Shown: positions 36,544 to 45,792 of the stretch, piece by piece | Layout of the letters: the number at the start of each line of letters is the position of its first letter | Position numbering within the stretch: position 1 is the stretch's first letter | NCBI GenBank assembly: GCA_016195085.1 | Contig: JACQAG010000054.1 | Location: 7,045-71,044, forward strand | Reading direction: 5' to 3' | Source of the DNA: Pseudomonadota bacterium | GTDB taxonomy: Bacteria; Pseudomonadota; Alphaproteobacteria; SHVZ01 | DNA: 64,000 nucleotides | Position numbers and translations under genes: made by a program | Notes under the pieces: model-generated | Database searches by the model: none | Told to the model about the DNA's origin: nothing | The model's input: only the letters and a program-made list of their open reading frames with translations

Positions 36544-38498
36544 GCGATGCGGGCGAGCACATCGCCCAGGGTTTGGCCGCGCATCAGAGCGGTCGGTTGG
36601 ACGAGGCAGAGCGCCTCTATCGTCTAGCGCTGGGCGCCCAACCCCGGAGCGCCGAGGCCTTGCATCTCCTCGGCCTCGTCATGCATCAGACCGGGCGGAC
36701 GGGGTCGGCGCTCGGCTTCCTCAAGGGGGCGGTGCGGGAAGCATCGCTGCCTCAGCATCGTCTGAGCTTGGCCAGCGTGCTGGTGGCCCTTGGACGCCAT
36801 GCCGAAGCCGCGGTTGAGCTGCGCCGGTTCCTCGCCGAGAGCCCGGCCGATGCCGAGGCCGCATTGGCGCTGGCCGCCGTCTCCAGATCAGCCGGTGTTG
36901 TGGCGTCGGCAGTCATCTGGGCGAGGCGCACGCTGGCGGTTCGCAGCGACTATGCCGAGGCCGCCTACAATCTCGGCAACTGGCTGCAGGCCATCGGCCA
37001 GACCCAGGCAGCGCTCGTGGCGTACCGTCGCGCGCTCGCAGCCCGCGGCGACTATGGCGATGCGCTGGCGAACCTGGCGCCGGCGCTCCTCGATTTCGGT
37101 CGGCCGTCGGGGGCATGGCAGGCGGCGCGGCAAGCGATCGCCTTGGCGCCCTCCCATGCCGCAGCCCTCAACAATCACGGGCAAGCAGTGCAGGCGGCCG
37201 GTATGACGCGCCCGGCCACCGTCTCGTTTCGCCGGGCCCTTGCCGCCGAGCCGCAGCTCGTGGCCGCGCACAGCAACTACCTCTTCAGCTTGAGCTACGC
37301 TCCGGAGACGACGCATGGCGAGCTGTTCGCCGCCTATCAGGAATGGGCGGTGCGCCACGCGCCGTCGCCTGCGGCTTGGCCTCGCCACCGCAACTCTCGG
37401 GACGGCGAGCGGAGGCTGCGCATCGGCTATCTCTCGGCCGATCTCGCCGATCATCCCGTCGGCCACAATTTGATCGGGCTCATCGAGGCGCATGATCGGC
37501 AATCGGTGGAGCTCTATGCCTATGCGGCGGTATCGCGCCCCGACCCCATGACCGCGCGATTCCGCCGGGCCTTCTCGCATTGGCGCGACCTCGAGGGCAT
37601 CGACGACGCACGGGCCGCCCAGCTCGTCCGCACCGATGCGATCGATATTCTGGTGAGCATCGCCGGCCACACCGCCCACAATCGCCTCATGGTCGCGGCG
37701 CAGAAGCCGGCGCCGGTACAAGCGAGCCTGTATGACCTTTCCACCACCGGTCTTGCCGCCATGGATGCTTGGTTCACCGATCCAGCGCTGCATCCGTCGG
37801 ATAGCGCCGAGCGCTTCACCGAGCATCTCGTCCCTCTGCCGTGCCTCTATCTGCACGCTCCGCCCGATCCATCGCCCGAACCGGGTTCGGCGCCGGCGGA
37901 AGAGGCGGGCCGCATCACCTTCGGGTCCTGCAACAATCCGGCGAAGCTGACGGACGCGGTGCTCGCGTTGTGGGCGAGGGTGATGGGCGCGGTTCCGGGC
38001 TCGCGCCTTCTCATGAAATACCAGGATCGATTCGCCGATGCCGCGCTGCAACGACGGGTCACGGCGCTATTCGGCGATCACGGGATCGCGCGCGATCGGC
38101 TCGACTTCGTCGGCGGGCGACTGCCCCGGGCTGGTCAGCTGGCGATTCTCAACCGTGTCGACATCGCGCTCGATCCTTTTCCCTTCAATGGGTCGACGAC
38201 CACCTTCGAAGCGCTGTGGATGGGCGTACCCGTCGTCAGCCTCGCCGGAGACCGCTTCCTCGGACGGGTGGGCGCCAGTTTCCTTGCGCAAATCGGCCTT
38301 GGCTCCCTCGTCGCCGCCGATGCCGAGGCCTATGTCAGGCTCGCCCGAGAGCTGGCCGCCGATGCGCCACGGCGCGCCCGATTGCGCCAGGAGCTCCGCC
38401 CTCGGTTGCTGGCATCGCCGCTCTGCGACGCCCCGGCCCATGCGCGCGCCTTCGAAGCGGCACTTCGTGCGCTTTGGCGCGCGTGGTGCTCCCGCTGA
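36540..38498 (+). CDS. TPR + GT41 glycosyltransferase #4
   Basis: ATGA-coupled start at 36540; GYLSADLADHPVG, AGHT, FGSCNNPAK, DPFPFNGSTTTFEALWMG, WRAWC. Confidence 0.9.
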   Translation: MSDAGEHIAQGLAAHQSGRLDEAERLYRLALGAQPRSAEALHLLGLVMHQTGRTGSALGFLKGAVREASLPQHRLSLASVLVALGRHAEAAVELRRFLAESPADAEAALALAAVSRSAGVVASAVIWARRTLAVRSDYAEAAYNLGNWLQAIGQTQAALVAYRRALAARGDYGDALANLAPALLDFGRPSGAWQAARQAIALAPSHAAALNNHGQAVQAAGMTRPATVSFRRALAAEPQLVAAHSNYLFSLSYAPETTHGELFAAYQEWAVRHAPSPAAWPRHRNSRDGERRLRIGYLSADLADHPVGHNLIGLIEAHDRQSVELYAYAAVSRPDPMTARFRRAFSHWRDLEGIDDARAAQLVRTDAIDILVSIAGHTAHNRLMVAAQKPAPVQASLYDLSTTGLAAMDAWFTDPALHPSDSAERFTEHLVPLPCLYLHAPPDPSPEPGSAPAEEAGRITFGSCNNPAKLTDAVLALWARVMGAVPGSRLLMKYQDRFADAALQRRVTALFGDHGIARDRLDFVGGRLPRAGQLAILNRVDIALDPFPFNGSTTTFEALWMGVPVVSLAGDRFLGRVGASFLAQIGLGSLVAADAEAYVRLARELAADAPRRARLRQELRPRLLASPLCDAPAHARAFEAALRALWRAWCSR

Positions 38499-38646
38499 GG
38501 GCCCGGCCGCGTGCCGAGTGCGTTCCGTTGGCCCGGCCTTTCTGCTATAGCTCGACCTGACCGCAACACGAGCGCTGGTTCGATCCGGCTCCCGGCGAGC
38601 CCAATCGGCCGAGTTCGCCAATTCGTCCCAAAAGGGGCATCAATAT

Positions 38647-39531
38647 ATGACTACGGCTGCGCCACAGAGTGCCACGCTCGCCATCGCCGGCGGCCAGGAT
38701 GCCTTCAACATCCTGAAGAATTGCCGTCACGGAGCGATGCTGTTCAACCGCAATGACCAGTATGTCGGTCGCTCGCTGGAACTTTACGGCGAGTACTGCG
38801 AGGCGCGGGTGGAAACGCTGCGCCAGCTTCTGCAGCAGGGCGACGTCGTCGTCGATGTCGGCGCCTATATCGGGAACACCACCTTGTTCTACGCCCGAGC
38901 GGTGGGCGAGAAGGGCGCGGTCGTCGCCTTCGAGCCGCAGCGTGTGATCTTTCAGACGTTGTGCGCCAACTTGGCCTTGAACAGCATGACCAACGTGTAT
39001 GCCGTGCATGCCGCCGTCGGCGACGAGCGCGGGCAAGCTGTGGTGCCGCTCCTGAAGCCGGAGTTGGAAAACAACTTCGCGGCTCTCGGGCTCGAAGATT
39101 CCAAATGGGACCAGGGCGATAGCGTTCCGGTGACGACGATCGACAATCTGGAGTTGCGCAACTGCCGCTTCATATCGGTGGATGTCGAGGGCATGGAGCT
39201 GGCGGTGCTCAAAGGGGCGGAGGCCACCATCGCCACCTGCGCTCCAATCTTGTTCGTCGCCAACCATCGCAAGGACAAGTCTGCCGCCTTGATCACCCAC
39301 CTTCTCGATCGCGGCTATCAGCTCTACTGGGACGTCGCCAAGGTCTACTCGCCATCGAATTTCTTCGGCAAAGCCGACAACGTCTTCGAAGACATGGTCA
39401 ACGTCGGGATGATCGGACTGCCGCCTGGCGACACGCTTGCGGTCGACGGACGCCAGATTACCAGCGCGACCGACACTTGGCATGGCACGGCCACGGTGCG
39501 CATCTTCGCGCCGCCAGGCAAGGGCGGTTGA
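38647..39531 (+). CDS. FkbM-family SAM-dependent methyltransferase
   Basis: CRHG..ND.YVGRSL..YGEY, VDVGAYIG, AFEPQ, DVEGME. Confidence 0.9.
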   Translation: MTTAAPQSATLAIAGGQDAFNILKNCRHGAMLFNRNDQYVGRSLELYGEYCEARVETLRQLLQQGDVVVDVGAYIGNTTLFYARAVGEKGAVVAFEPQRVIFQTLCANLALNSMTNVYAVHAAVGDERGQAVVPLLKPELENNFAALGLEDSKWDQGDSVPVTTIDNLELRNCRFISVDVEGMELAVLKGAEATIATCAPILFVANHRKDKSAALITHLLDRGYQLYWDVAKVYSPSNFFGKADNVFEDMVNVGMIGLPPGDTLAVDGRQITSATDTWHGTATVRIFAPPGKGG

Positions 39532-39548
39532 TCACCACCGGCTGACGC

Positions 39549-41426
39549 GTGCGGGAAGGGGCGGCCAGAGCGGCAATCGACACACTTCTCGCCGCTGCTT
39601 TGGCCGATCACCGCTCGGGACGACTTGCCGAAGCGGCGGCGGGCTACCAGGCGGTGCTGGCCCAATCCCCCGAGCATGTCGACGCACTGCATCTCCTCGG
39701 ACAGATCGCGCGCGATCAGGGCCTTCTCGACGCCGCCTCGCACTTGATCGGACGCGCGGTCGAGCGCGATCCGAGCTTCGCCGAGGCCCAAAACAGCTTG
39801 GGCACGGTGGTCAAGGCCAAAGGCGACCTCGTTCGGGCGATCGGGTGCTTTCAGACGGCGGTCCGTTTGCAGCCGAACTACGGGGTGGCGCTCAACAATC
39901 TGGGCAATGCGTGGATGGATTTGGGCGACCGTCCAACGGCCGCCGCCGCGATCGGCCGCGCCCTGGTGCTGGACCCGACCTACGCCGAGGCCCATGGCAA
40001 TCTCGGGAACGCCCTGCAACTGCAGGGCGAGGTCGACGAGGCGCAGCCGTGCTATCGGCGTGCGCTGGCGCTCACACCCGGCTCCGCCACGTCATGGAGC
40101 AACCTCGCCAGCCTCGACCAAGCGCTGGCCGAAGCCGAATCCGCCGAGCGGCGCTTCCGGCGGGCGCTGGCGATCAAGCCGGAGCCATGGCTACACAGCA
40201 ACCTGCTCTTTGCCATGTCCTATGATCCGGCGGTGACGTCGGAGCGTCTGTTCGCCGAGTACCGGCGCTGGGAGCAACGCCATGGGCGGCCCTGCTATGG
40301 GCGGATCCGTGCGTATGCCAACCCGCGCCAGCCCGATCGGCGCCTCAGGCTCGGCTACGTCTCCGCCGATTTCCGCGCGCATCCGGTCGGTTGGAACGTG
40401 CTGGGGCTGATCGAGCGGCATGATCGGGAGCGGTTCCAGGTCTTCTGCTACGGCGATGTTCTCCGGCCGGACCGTATTACCGAGCGCTTCGCCCAGCGGG
40501 CCGAGGTCTGGCGTGGCGTCACCGGCGTCGGAGACGAGGCGCTGGCCGAGCGCATACGCGCCGACGGGATCGATGTTCTCGTCATCCTCGCCGGTCACAC
40601 CGGCCGCAATCGACTGCGCGCGGCGGCCTTTAAGCCGGCCCCGGTGCAGGTGAGCTTTCACGATCTGTCGACGAGCGGCCTCGAGGTGATGGATGCGTGG
40701 CTGACCGATCCCAGCCTGCATCCGGCGGACACGCACGAGCGCTTCACCGAGAAATTGATCCGCTTGCCTTGCTTCTATTTGCATCAAGCTCCGGAGGACG
40801 CGCCGGAGCCGGGACCGGCGCCGGAGACCCGGAACGGGTTCATCACCTTCGGCTCGTGCAACAACACCGCAAAGCTCAATCGCGAGGTCCTGGCGCTGTG
40901 GTCCGATGTGCTCCGCGCTGTTCCAGGCTCTCGGTTGCTCTTCAAGTATCTCAACCGCTTCGCCGCTCCGGGACTGCGCCGGCGCATCGGCGAGACCATG
41001 GCGCGGCTCGGCATCGCTGCCTCTCGGCTGGAGTTCCTGCCCGGCGAGCTCGGCCGTGGCGAGCAGCTCGCCGTCTTGACCGGTGTCGACATCGCTCTCG
41101 ACCCATTTCCCTTCAGCGGATCGACCGCGACGTTTGAAGCGCTTTGGATGGGCGTGCCTGTCGTCTCGCTGGCAGGCGAACGGTTCCTCGGGCGGGTAGG
41201 GGGCTCGGTCCTGGCTCAAGTCGGTCTGTCCGACCTCGTCGGCGCGGATCGAGCGGCCTATGTGCGGATTGCCGCCGCGCTCGCCGGCGATCGCGGACGT
41301 CGCATGGAACTCCGCCAAGAGCTTCGCGGCCGGCTCGCTGTTTCGCCCCTTTGCGAGGCCGACGCCTATGCGCGTTCGGTCGAGGTGGCCTACCGCACAC
41401 TCTGGCAGACTTGGTGCCGGGGGTGA
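39549..41426 (+). CDS. TPR + GT41 glycosyltransferase #5
   Basis: GYVSADFRAHPVG, LAGHT, FGSCNNTAK, DPFPFSGSTATFEALWMG, WQTWC. Confidence 0.9.
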   Translation: MREGAARAAIDTLLAAALADHRSGRLAEAAAGYQAVLAQSPEHVDALHLLGQIARDQGLLDAASHLIGRAVERDPSFAEAQNSLGTVVKAKGDLVRAIGCFQTAVRLQPNYGVALNNLGNAWMDLGDRPTAAAAIGRALVLDPTYAEAHGNLGNALQLQGEVDEAQPCYRRALALTPGSATSWSNLASLDQALAEAESAERRFRRALAIKPEPWLHSNLLFAMSYDPAVTSERLFAEYRRWEQRHGRPCYGRIRAYANPRQPDRRLRLGYVSADFRAHPVGWNVLGLIERHDRERFQVFCYGDVLRPDRITERFAQRAEVWRGVTGVGDEALAERIRADGIDVLVILAGHTGRNRLRAAAFKPAPVQVSFHDLSTSGLEVMDAWLTDPSLHPADTHERFTEKLIRLPCFYLHQAPEDAPEPGPAPETRNGFITFGSCNNTAKLNREVLALWSDVLRAVPGSRLLFKYLNRFAAPGLRRRIGETMARLGIAASRLEFLPGELGRGEQLAVLTGVDIALDPFPFSGSTATFEALWMGVPVVSLAGERFLGRVGGSVLAQVGLSDLVGADRAAYVRIAAALAGDRGRRMELRQELRGRLAVSPLCEADAYARSVEVAYRTLWQTWCRG

Positions 41427-43600
41427 CGGTGGACGTGCTCCGCGCTGCCATCGCGCGACACCGCTCCGGCGATCTTGCGGGGGCAGAGCAGCTTTACCGG
41501 CAAGTGCTCGAAGCCGAGCCCGGACGAGCCGACACACTGCACCTGCTTGGGCTCCTGCTCGGCGCCGTCGGCCGCAGCGACGAGGCTGCTAGCTATCTCA
41601 GCGAGGCGGCAAGGCGGGTTCCCGCGCAGGCGCTCTACCAGCTCGCCGCCGGAGAGGCTTTGCGCGCCGCCGGCAAAAGTGCGGAGGCCGGCGCTCTCCT
41701 GGAGAAGGCGCGGCAACGCTTCCCGGCGGATGCGGCGCTCGCGACGGCCCTCGGCCTTGCCCTCTTCGATCAAGCCAACGTCGCGATGGCGGCGGGCCGC
41801 CTGCCGATGGCCGAGGCGTTGTTGCGGCGTGCGATCGATCTCATGCCGCTGTCGGCCGAAGCGCATTTCAATCTTGGCAACGCCTTGAGCGAACAAGGGC
41901 GGCTTGAGGCAGCGCTCGGCGCCTATGGCGCGGCCCTCGAGCGGGCTCCGCTGCTGGGACCGGCGCATACCAACCTCATGCGGGCGTTGAAGCGCCTCGG
42001 CCGAACCGGCGAGGCTGCCCTCCATGGTCGCCGGGCGATCGCGATCGAGCCGTCCTCATACCCGGCCTTGGTGAACTTCGGAGATCTTTGGATCGTCGCC
42101 GGTCGCCTGCATCTGGCCGGGGCGCCGCTCCGGCGTGCCCGCTGGATCAATGCCGCGCCGGCCGAAGCGTTGCTGACCGAGGGCGTCTCGAGCCTGCTCG
42201 CCGGTCACTTCGGCGCCGCGCGTCGCGCCATCGCGGCGGCGCTCGCGCTGGCACCAGGGTTGCCAACGGCGTTCAACAATTTTGCAGCCGCCGGCATCGA
42301 GCCCAGGGAGGTCCGACGGAGCTTTCAGCGGGCGCTCGCGATCGAACCCGGTAATGCCCAGGTGCACAGCAATCTGCTGTTCGCCGAGGCCTACGCGGCG
42401 GAACTGGACAACCCTGCCCGGTTTGCCGAGATCCGGCGCTGGCAAAGCCGTCATGCCCTGCTCCGACCGACCCGCGGCGGTCCCCACGCCAATCGCCGCG
42501 AGCCCGAGCGGCCGCTCAAGGTGGGTTATCTGTCGGCCGATCTGCGTAGCCACCCCATCGCCTACAACCTCGAAGGCCTGTTCGAGAACCACGATGGGTC
42601 GGTCGTCGAGACCTATGCCTACAGCCTGGCCGCCGCCCCCGACGAGGTAACAAACCGGCTGACGCAAAAGGTCAACCAGTGGCGCAACGTTGCCGGTCTC
42701 GGCGAGGCGGAGATCGCCGAGCGCGCGCGGCAGGATGGCATCGACATCCTGGTGCTGCTGGCCGCGCATATCGGCGACAACCGGCCGCTGGTCGCAGCCT
42801 ATGGAGCCGCTCCGGTCCAGATCGCCTTTCACGATGTCATGAGCAGCGGAGTCGCCGCCATCGGCTATTGGCTCACGGACTGGGTGTTGCACCCTCAGGA
42901 CACGCCCGAGCAATTCACCGAAAGGCTGGTGCGGCTGCCTTGCTTTTATCTGCACCGACCGCCGGCCGGGGCACCCGAGCCGATGGTCGCACCCGCCGCA
43001 CAGAGTCGCTATATAACATTCGGATCGTGCAATAACCCGTTAAAAATAAACGATTTAGTGGTTGACGTCTGGGGCCGGATCCTGCACCAGGTTCCAGACT
43101 CGCGGCTCCTGCTCAAATACAAAAATTGTTTCGCCGACGCTTATGTGCAGGACTGCTTTCGCAGACGCTTTGCCGAGCGCAACGTCCCAAGCGAGCGGCT
43201 GATGTTCGTCGGCGGCGATCTGGCCCGGAGCGAGCAGCTGGCGTTGCTCAACCGTATCGATGTCGCCCTCGATCCGTTTCCGTTCAACGGCTCGACTACC
43301 AGCTTCGAGGCCTTGTGGATGGGCGTGCCGCTGGTGACCATGGCCGGCGACCACTTCGTCGCCCGGGTCGGTGCCAGCTTGCTCGTGCCGCTGGGCCTTG
43401 AGGAGTGGGTGGCGCATGACGCCGATGAGTACCGCAGGATCGCGATCCGCCTCGCAGGCGAGGCGCGGGGGGCGAAGGAACCGCGGATTCGGTTGCGCCA
43501 CCAGGTCGCCGCCTCGCCGCTCTGCGATGCCCGGGCTTACGCCCGCGCCATCGAGAGCGCATACCGGTCGATGTGGCGGGAGTGGTGCGCCCAGCGATGA
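41423..43600 (+). CDS. TPR + GT41 glycosyltransferase #6
   Basis: GTGA-coupled start at 41423; GYLSADLRSHPI, FGSCNNPLK, DPFPFNGSTTSFEALWMG, WREWC. Confidence 0.9.
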   Translation: MTVDVLRAAIARHRSGDLAGAEQLYRQVLEAEPGRADTLHLLGLLLGAVGRSDEAASYLSEAARRVPAQALYQLAAGEALRAAGKSAEAGALLEKARQRFPADAALATALGLALFDQANVAMAAGRLPMAEALLRRAIDLMPLSAEAHFNLGNALSEQGRLEAALGAYGAALERAPLLGPAHTNLMRALKRLGRTGEAALHGRRAIAIEPSSYPALVNFGDLWIVAGRLHLAGAPLRRARWINAAPAEALLTEGVSSLLAGHFGAARRAIAAALALAPGLPTAFNNFAAAGIEPREVRRSFQRALAIEPGNAQVHSNLLFAEAYAAELDNPARFAEIRRWQSRHALLRPTRGGPHANRREPERPLKVGYLSADLRSHPIAYNLEGLFENHDGSVVETYAYSLAAAPDEVTNRLTQKVNQWRNVAGLGEAEIAERARQDGIDILVLLAAHIGDNRPLVAAYGAAPVQIAFHDVMSSGVAAIGYWLTDWVLHPQDTPEQFTERLVRLPCFYLHRPPAGAPEPMVAPAAQSRYITFGSCNNPLKINDLVVDVWGRILHQVPDSRLLLKYKNCFADAYVQDCFRRRFAERNVPSERLMFVGGDLARSEQLALLNRIDVALDPFPFNGSTTSFEALWMGVPLVTMAGDHFVARVGASLLVPLGLEEWVAHDADEYRRIAIRLAGEARGAKEPRIRLRHQVAASPLCDARAYARAIESAYRSMWREWCAQR

Positions 43601-45792
43601 ACGATGAGCCGCAAGCCGTGCCGCGTTCGGCGGAGGCCAGCTATGAAGCCGGAAACGCCAGCTTCGCCGCGGGCGACCTCGCCGCGGCGCGCTCGGCCTA
43701 CGCCGCCGCCGTTCGTCGCAAGCCGGGGTTTGCCGAGGCGCACTACAATCTTGGCATCGTGCTGCACCGGCTTGGCGACCGCGAGGGTGCCGCGCGATCG
43801 TTTGCGGCGGCGCTGACGATCCGTCCGCATCTCGCGCTGGCGCGCCTCAACCTGGCGACGCTTCGCCACGAGAGCGGGGACCTTCGGAGCGCGATCCGCC
43901 TCTACCGCGGCGTGCTTGCAGAAGAGCCGCAGCTGAGCGACGCGCTGGGCAATCTGGGGCAGGCCCTCGGGCGTCATACTGAAGCGGGAGCTCCGGCGCT
44001 GATCTGGCTCGCGCGCGCCTTGGCCGTTTCGCCCTTGGACGCCTCGACACTTTGCAATTTGGGCGCGATGCTCGACGACAACCGCGCCGCGCAGCGACGG
44101 CTCCGAGGATCCCTGGCCTTGGCCCCGATGCTGGCCGCCGCGCAACTGAACTACGGCACTCGGCTGCGCGAAGCAGCCGCGTGGCCGGCAGCGCAGCGCT
44201 GCTACCGCCGGGCACTGGTCCTTGCCCATGGCGCCGTGGCGCTGACCAATCTTGCCCTTGTCGCTCTCGATCTCAACGATGGCGTGGAGGCCGAGCGCCG
44301 CTATCGCCAGGCGCTTGCGCTCGAGCCGGCTCTTGCCGGTACGCATCGCGGCAGGGCCGAGCTGGAGCATCGGCGAGGAGAAATCGGCCGCTCTTGGCTG
44401 CGTGCCGCCCGTGCCTTGGCGATCGATCCCGACGATGGCGGCGCGGCCAACAACCTCGCCAACGCCCTCCTGGCTCTGGGCAAGGCCGGTACCGCCGTCA
44501 GCTACTACCGACAGGCCCTCGAAGCTGATTCTTCGAATCAGCTATACCATAACAACTTATTGTTCTGTTTGGCTTATGTGCCGGACTCGACTATCGAGGA
44601 TCTGTACCTCGAAGCGCGCCGCTGGGAAGCCCGGCACGCGGCTTCGAATTATCGGGAGATCCTTCGGCACGACAATCCGCGGCTGCTGGATCGGAGGCTC
44701 CGGGTTGCCTATCTCTCCGCGGATTTCCGCGATCACCCCGTTGCCTGGAACCTGCTCGGGCTGCTCGAGAACCATGATCGCCCTGCGATCGCCGCTTTTG
44801 GATACGCGGAGCTCAGAACCACGCCCGATGCCATGACCGAGCGTTGCCGCGGATTGATGGAGGGTTGGCGTGATACCGCAGGCCTCAGCGATCGGGCCGT
44901 GGCGAAGCAAATCCGCAGCGACGCCATCGACATCCTCGTCACCATCGCCGGGCATACCGGGCCCAACCGTCTGGGCGTGGCCTCCTTCAGGCCGGCGCCG
45001 GTGCAAGTGAGCATGTACGACATCACGACCAGCGGGCTCGAGGTCATGGATGCCTGGCTGACCGATTCAGTGCTGCATCCGGCCGATACCGCCGAGAAGG
45101 CCACCGAGCGGTTGGTGCGGTTGGCGCGCTTTTGCGTGCATCGGCCGCCGGAAGCCTCACCCCCGCTCGTGCCGCCGCCGGTTTGCGGGCGGGGCTACGT
45201 CACTTTCGGCTCCTGCAACAATCCGGCAAAGCTGAACGAGCCCGTGGCGGCGGCCTGGGCCTCGATCCTGCGGCAGGTTCCGGGCTCGCGGCTTGCGTTG
45301 AAGTACAAGGGTTGGTTTCGCGATCCGATGGTCGCCTGCCGCTTCACCGAGCTCTTCGCCAGCCATGGCATCGCTCCGGACAGGCTGGAGCTCCTGGGAG
45401 GCGACCTTCCCAAAGCAAGCCAGCTCGCGGTGCTGAACGGGTTCGACATCGCCCTCGATCCGTTTCCCTTCAACGGATCGACCACGACCTTCGAAGCGTT
45501 GTGGATGGGGCTTCCGGTCGTGAGTCTCGCCGGCCATCGCTCAACCGGGCGAATGGGGGCCGATATGCTGCAGGGGCTTGGGCTGGGCGAGCTGGTCGCC
45601 GGCGCGGTCGAGGACTATGTCCGCATCGCCGTTGCCCTGGCGCGGGACCCGGAGCGTTTGGCGGCCCTGCGTGCGAGGCTAAGGCCGCTGCTATCGGCCT
45701 CGGCGTGGTGCGATGCGGTGGGCTACGCGCGGACGGTCGAGGCTGCCTACCGCACGCTCTGGCGAGAGTGGTGCGCCGGCGAACGGCCGTGA
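43597..45792 (+). CDS. TPR + GT41 glycosyltransferase #7
   Basis: ATGA-coupled start at 43597; YLSADFRDHPV, IAGHT, FGSCNNPAK, DPFPFNGSTTTFEAL, WREWC. Confidence 0.9.
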   Translation: MNDEPQAVPRSAEASYEAGNASFAAGDLAAARSAYAAAVRRKPGFAEAHYNLGIVLHRLGDREGAARSFAAALTIRPHLALARLNLATLRHESGDLRSAIRLYRGVLAEEPQLSDALGNLGQALGRHTEAGAPALIWLARALAVSPLDASTLCNLGAMLDDNRAAQRRLRGSLALAPMLAAAQLNYGTRLREAAAWPAAQRCYRRALVLAHGAVALTNLALVALDLNDGVEAERRYRQALALEPALAGTHRGRAELEHRRGEIGRSWLRAARALAIDPDDGGAANNLANALLALGKAGTAVSYYRQALEADSSNQLYHNNLLFCLAYVPDSTIEDLYLEARRWEARHAASNYREILRHDNPRLLDRRLRVAYLSADFRDHPVAWNLLGLLENHDRPAIAAFGYAELRTTPDAMTERCRGLMEGWRDTAGLSDRAVAKQIRSDAIDILVTIAGHTGPNRLGVASFRPAPVQVSMYDITTSGLEVMDAWLTDSVLHPADTAEKATERLVRLARFCVHRPPEASPPLVPPPVCGRGYVTFGSCNNPAKLNEPVAAAWASILRQVPGSRLALKYKGWFRDPMVACRFTELFASHGIAPDRLELLGGDLPKASQLAVLNGFDIALDPFPFNGSTTTFEALWMGLPVVSLAGHRSTGRMGADMLQGLGLGELVAGAVEDYVRIAVALARDPERLAALRARLRPLLSASAWCDAVGYARTVEAAYRTLWREWCAGERP

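Noticed and set aside
41144..45788. Long N-terminal extensions given by the ORF track for #6 (41144) and #8 (45132), and likewise #11 (60280) and hddA (52628)
   Set aside because: They overlap upstream genes or lack homology; coupled ATGA/GTGA starts or TPR onset indicate the shorter starts
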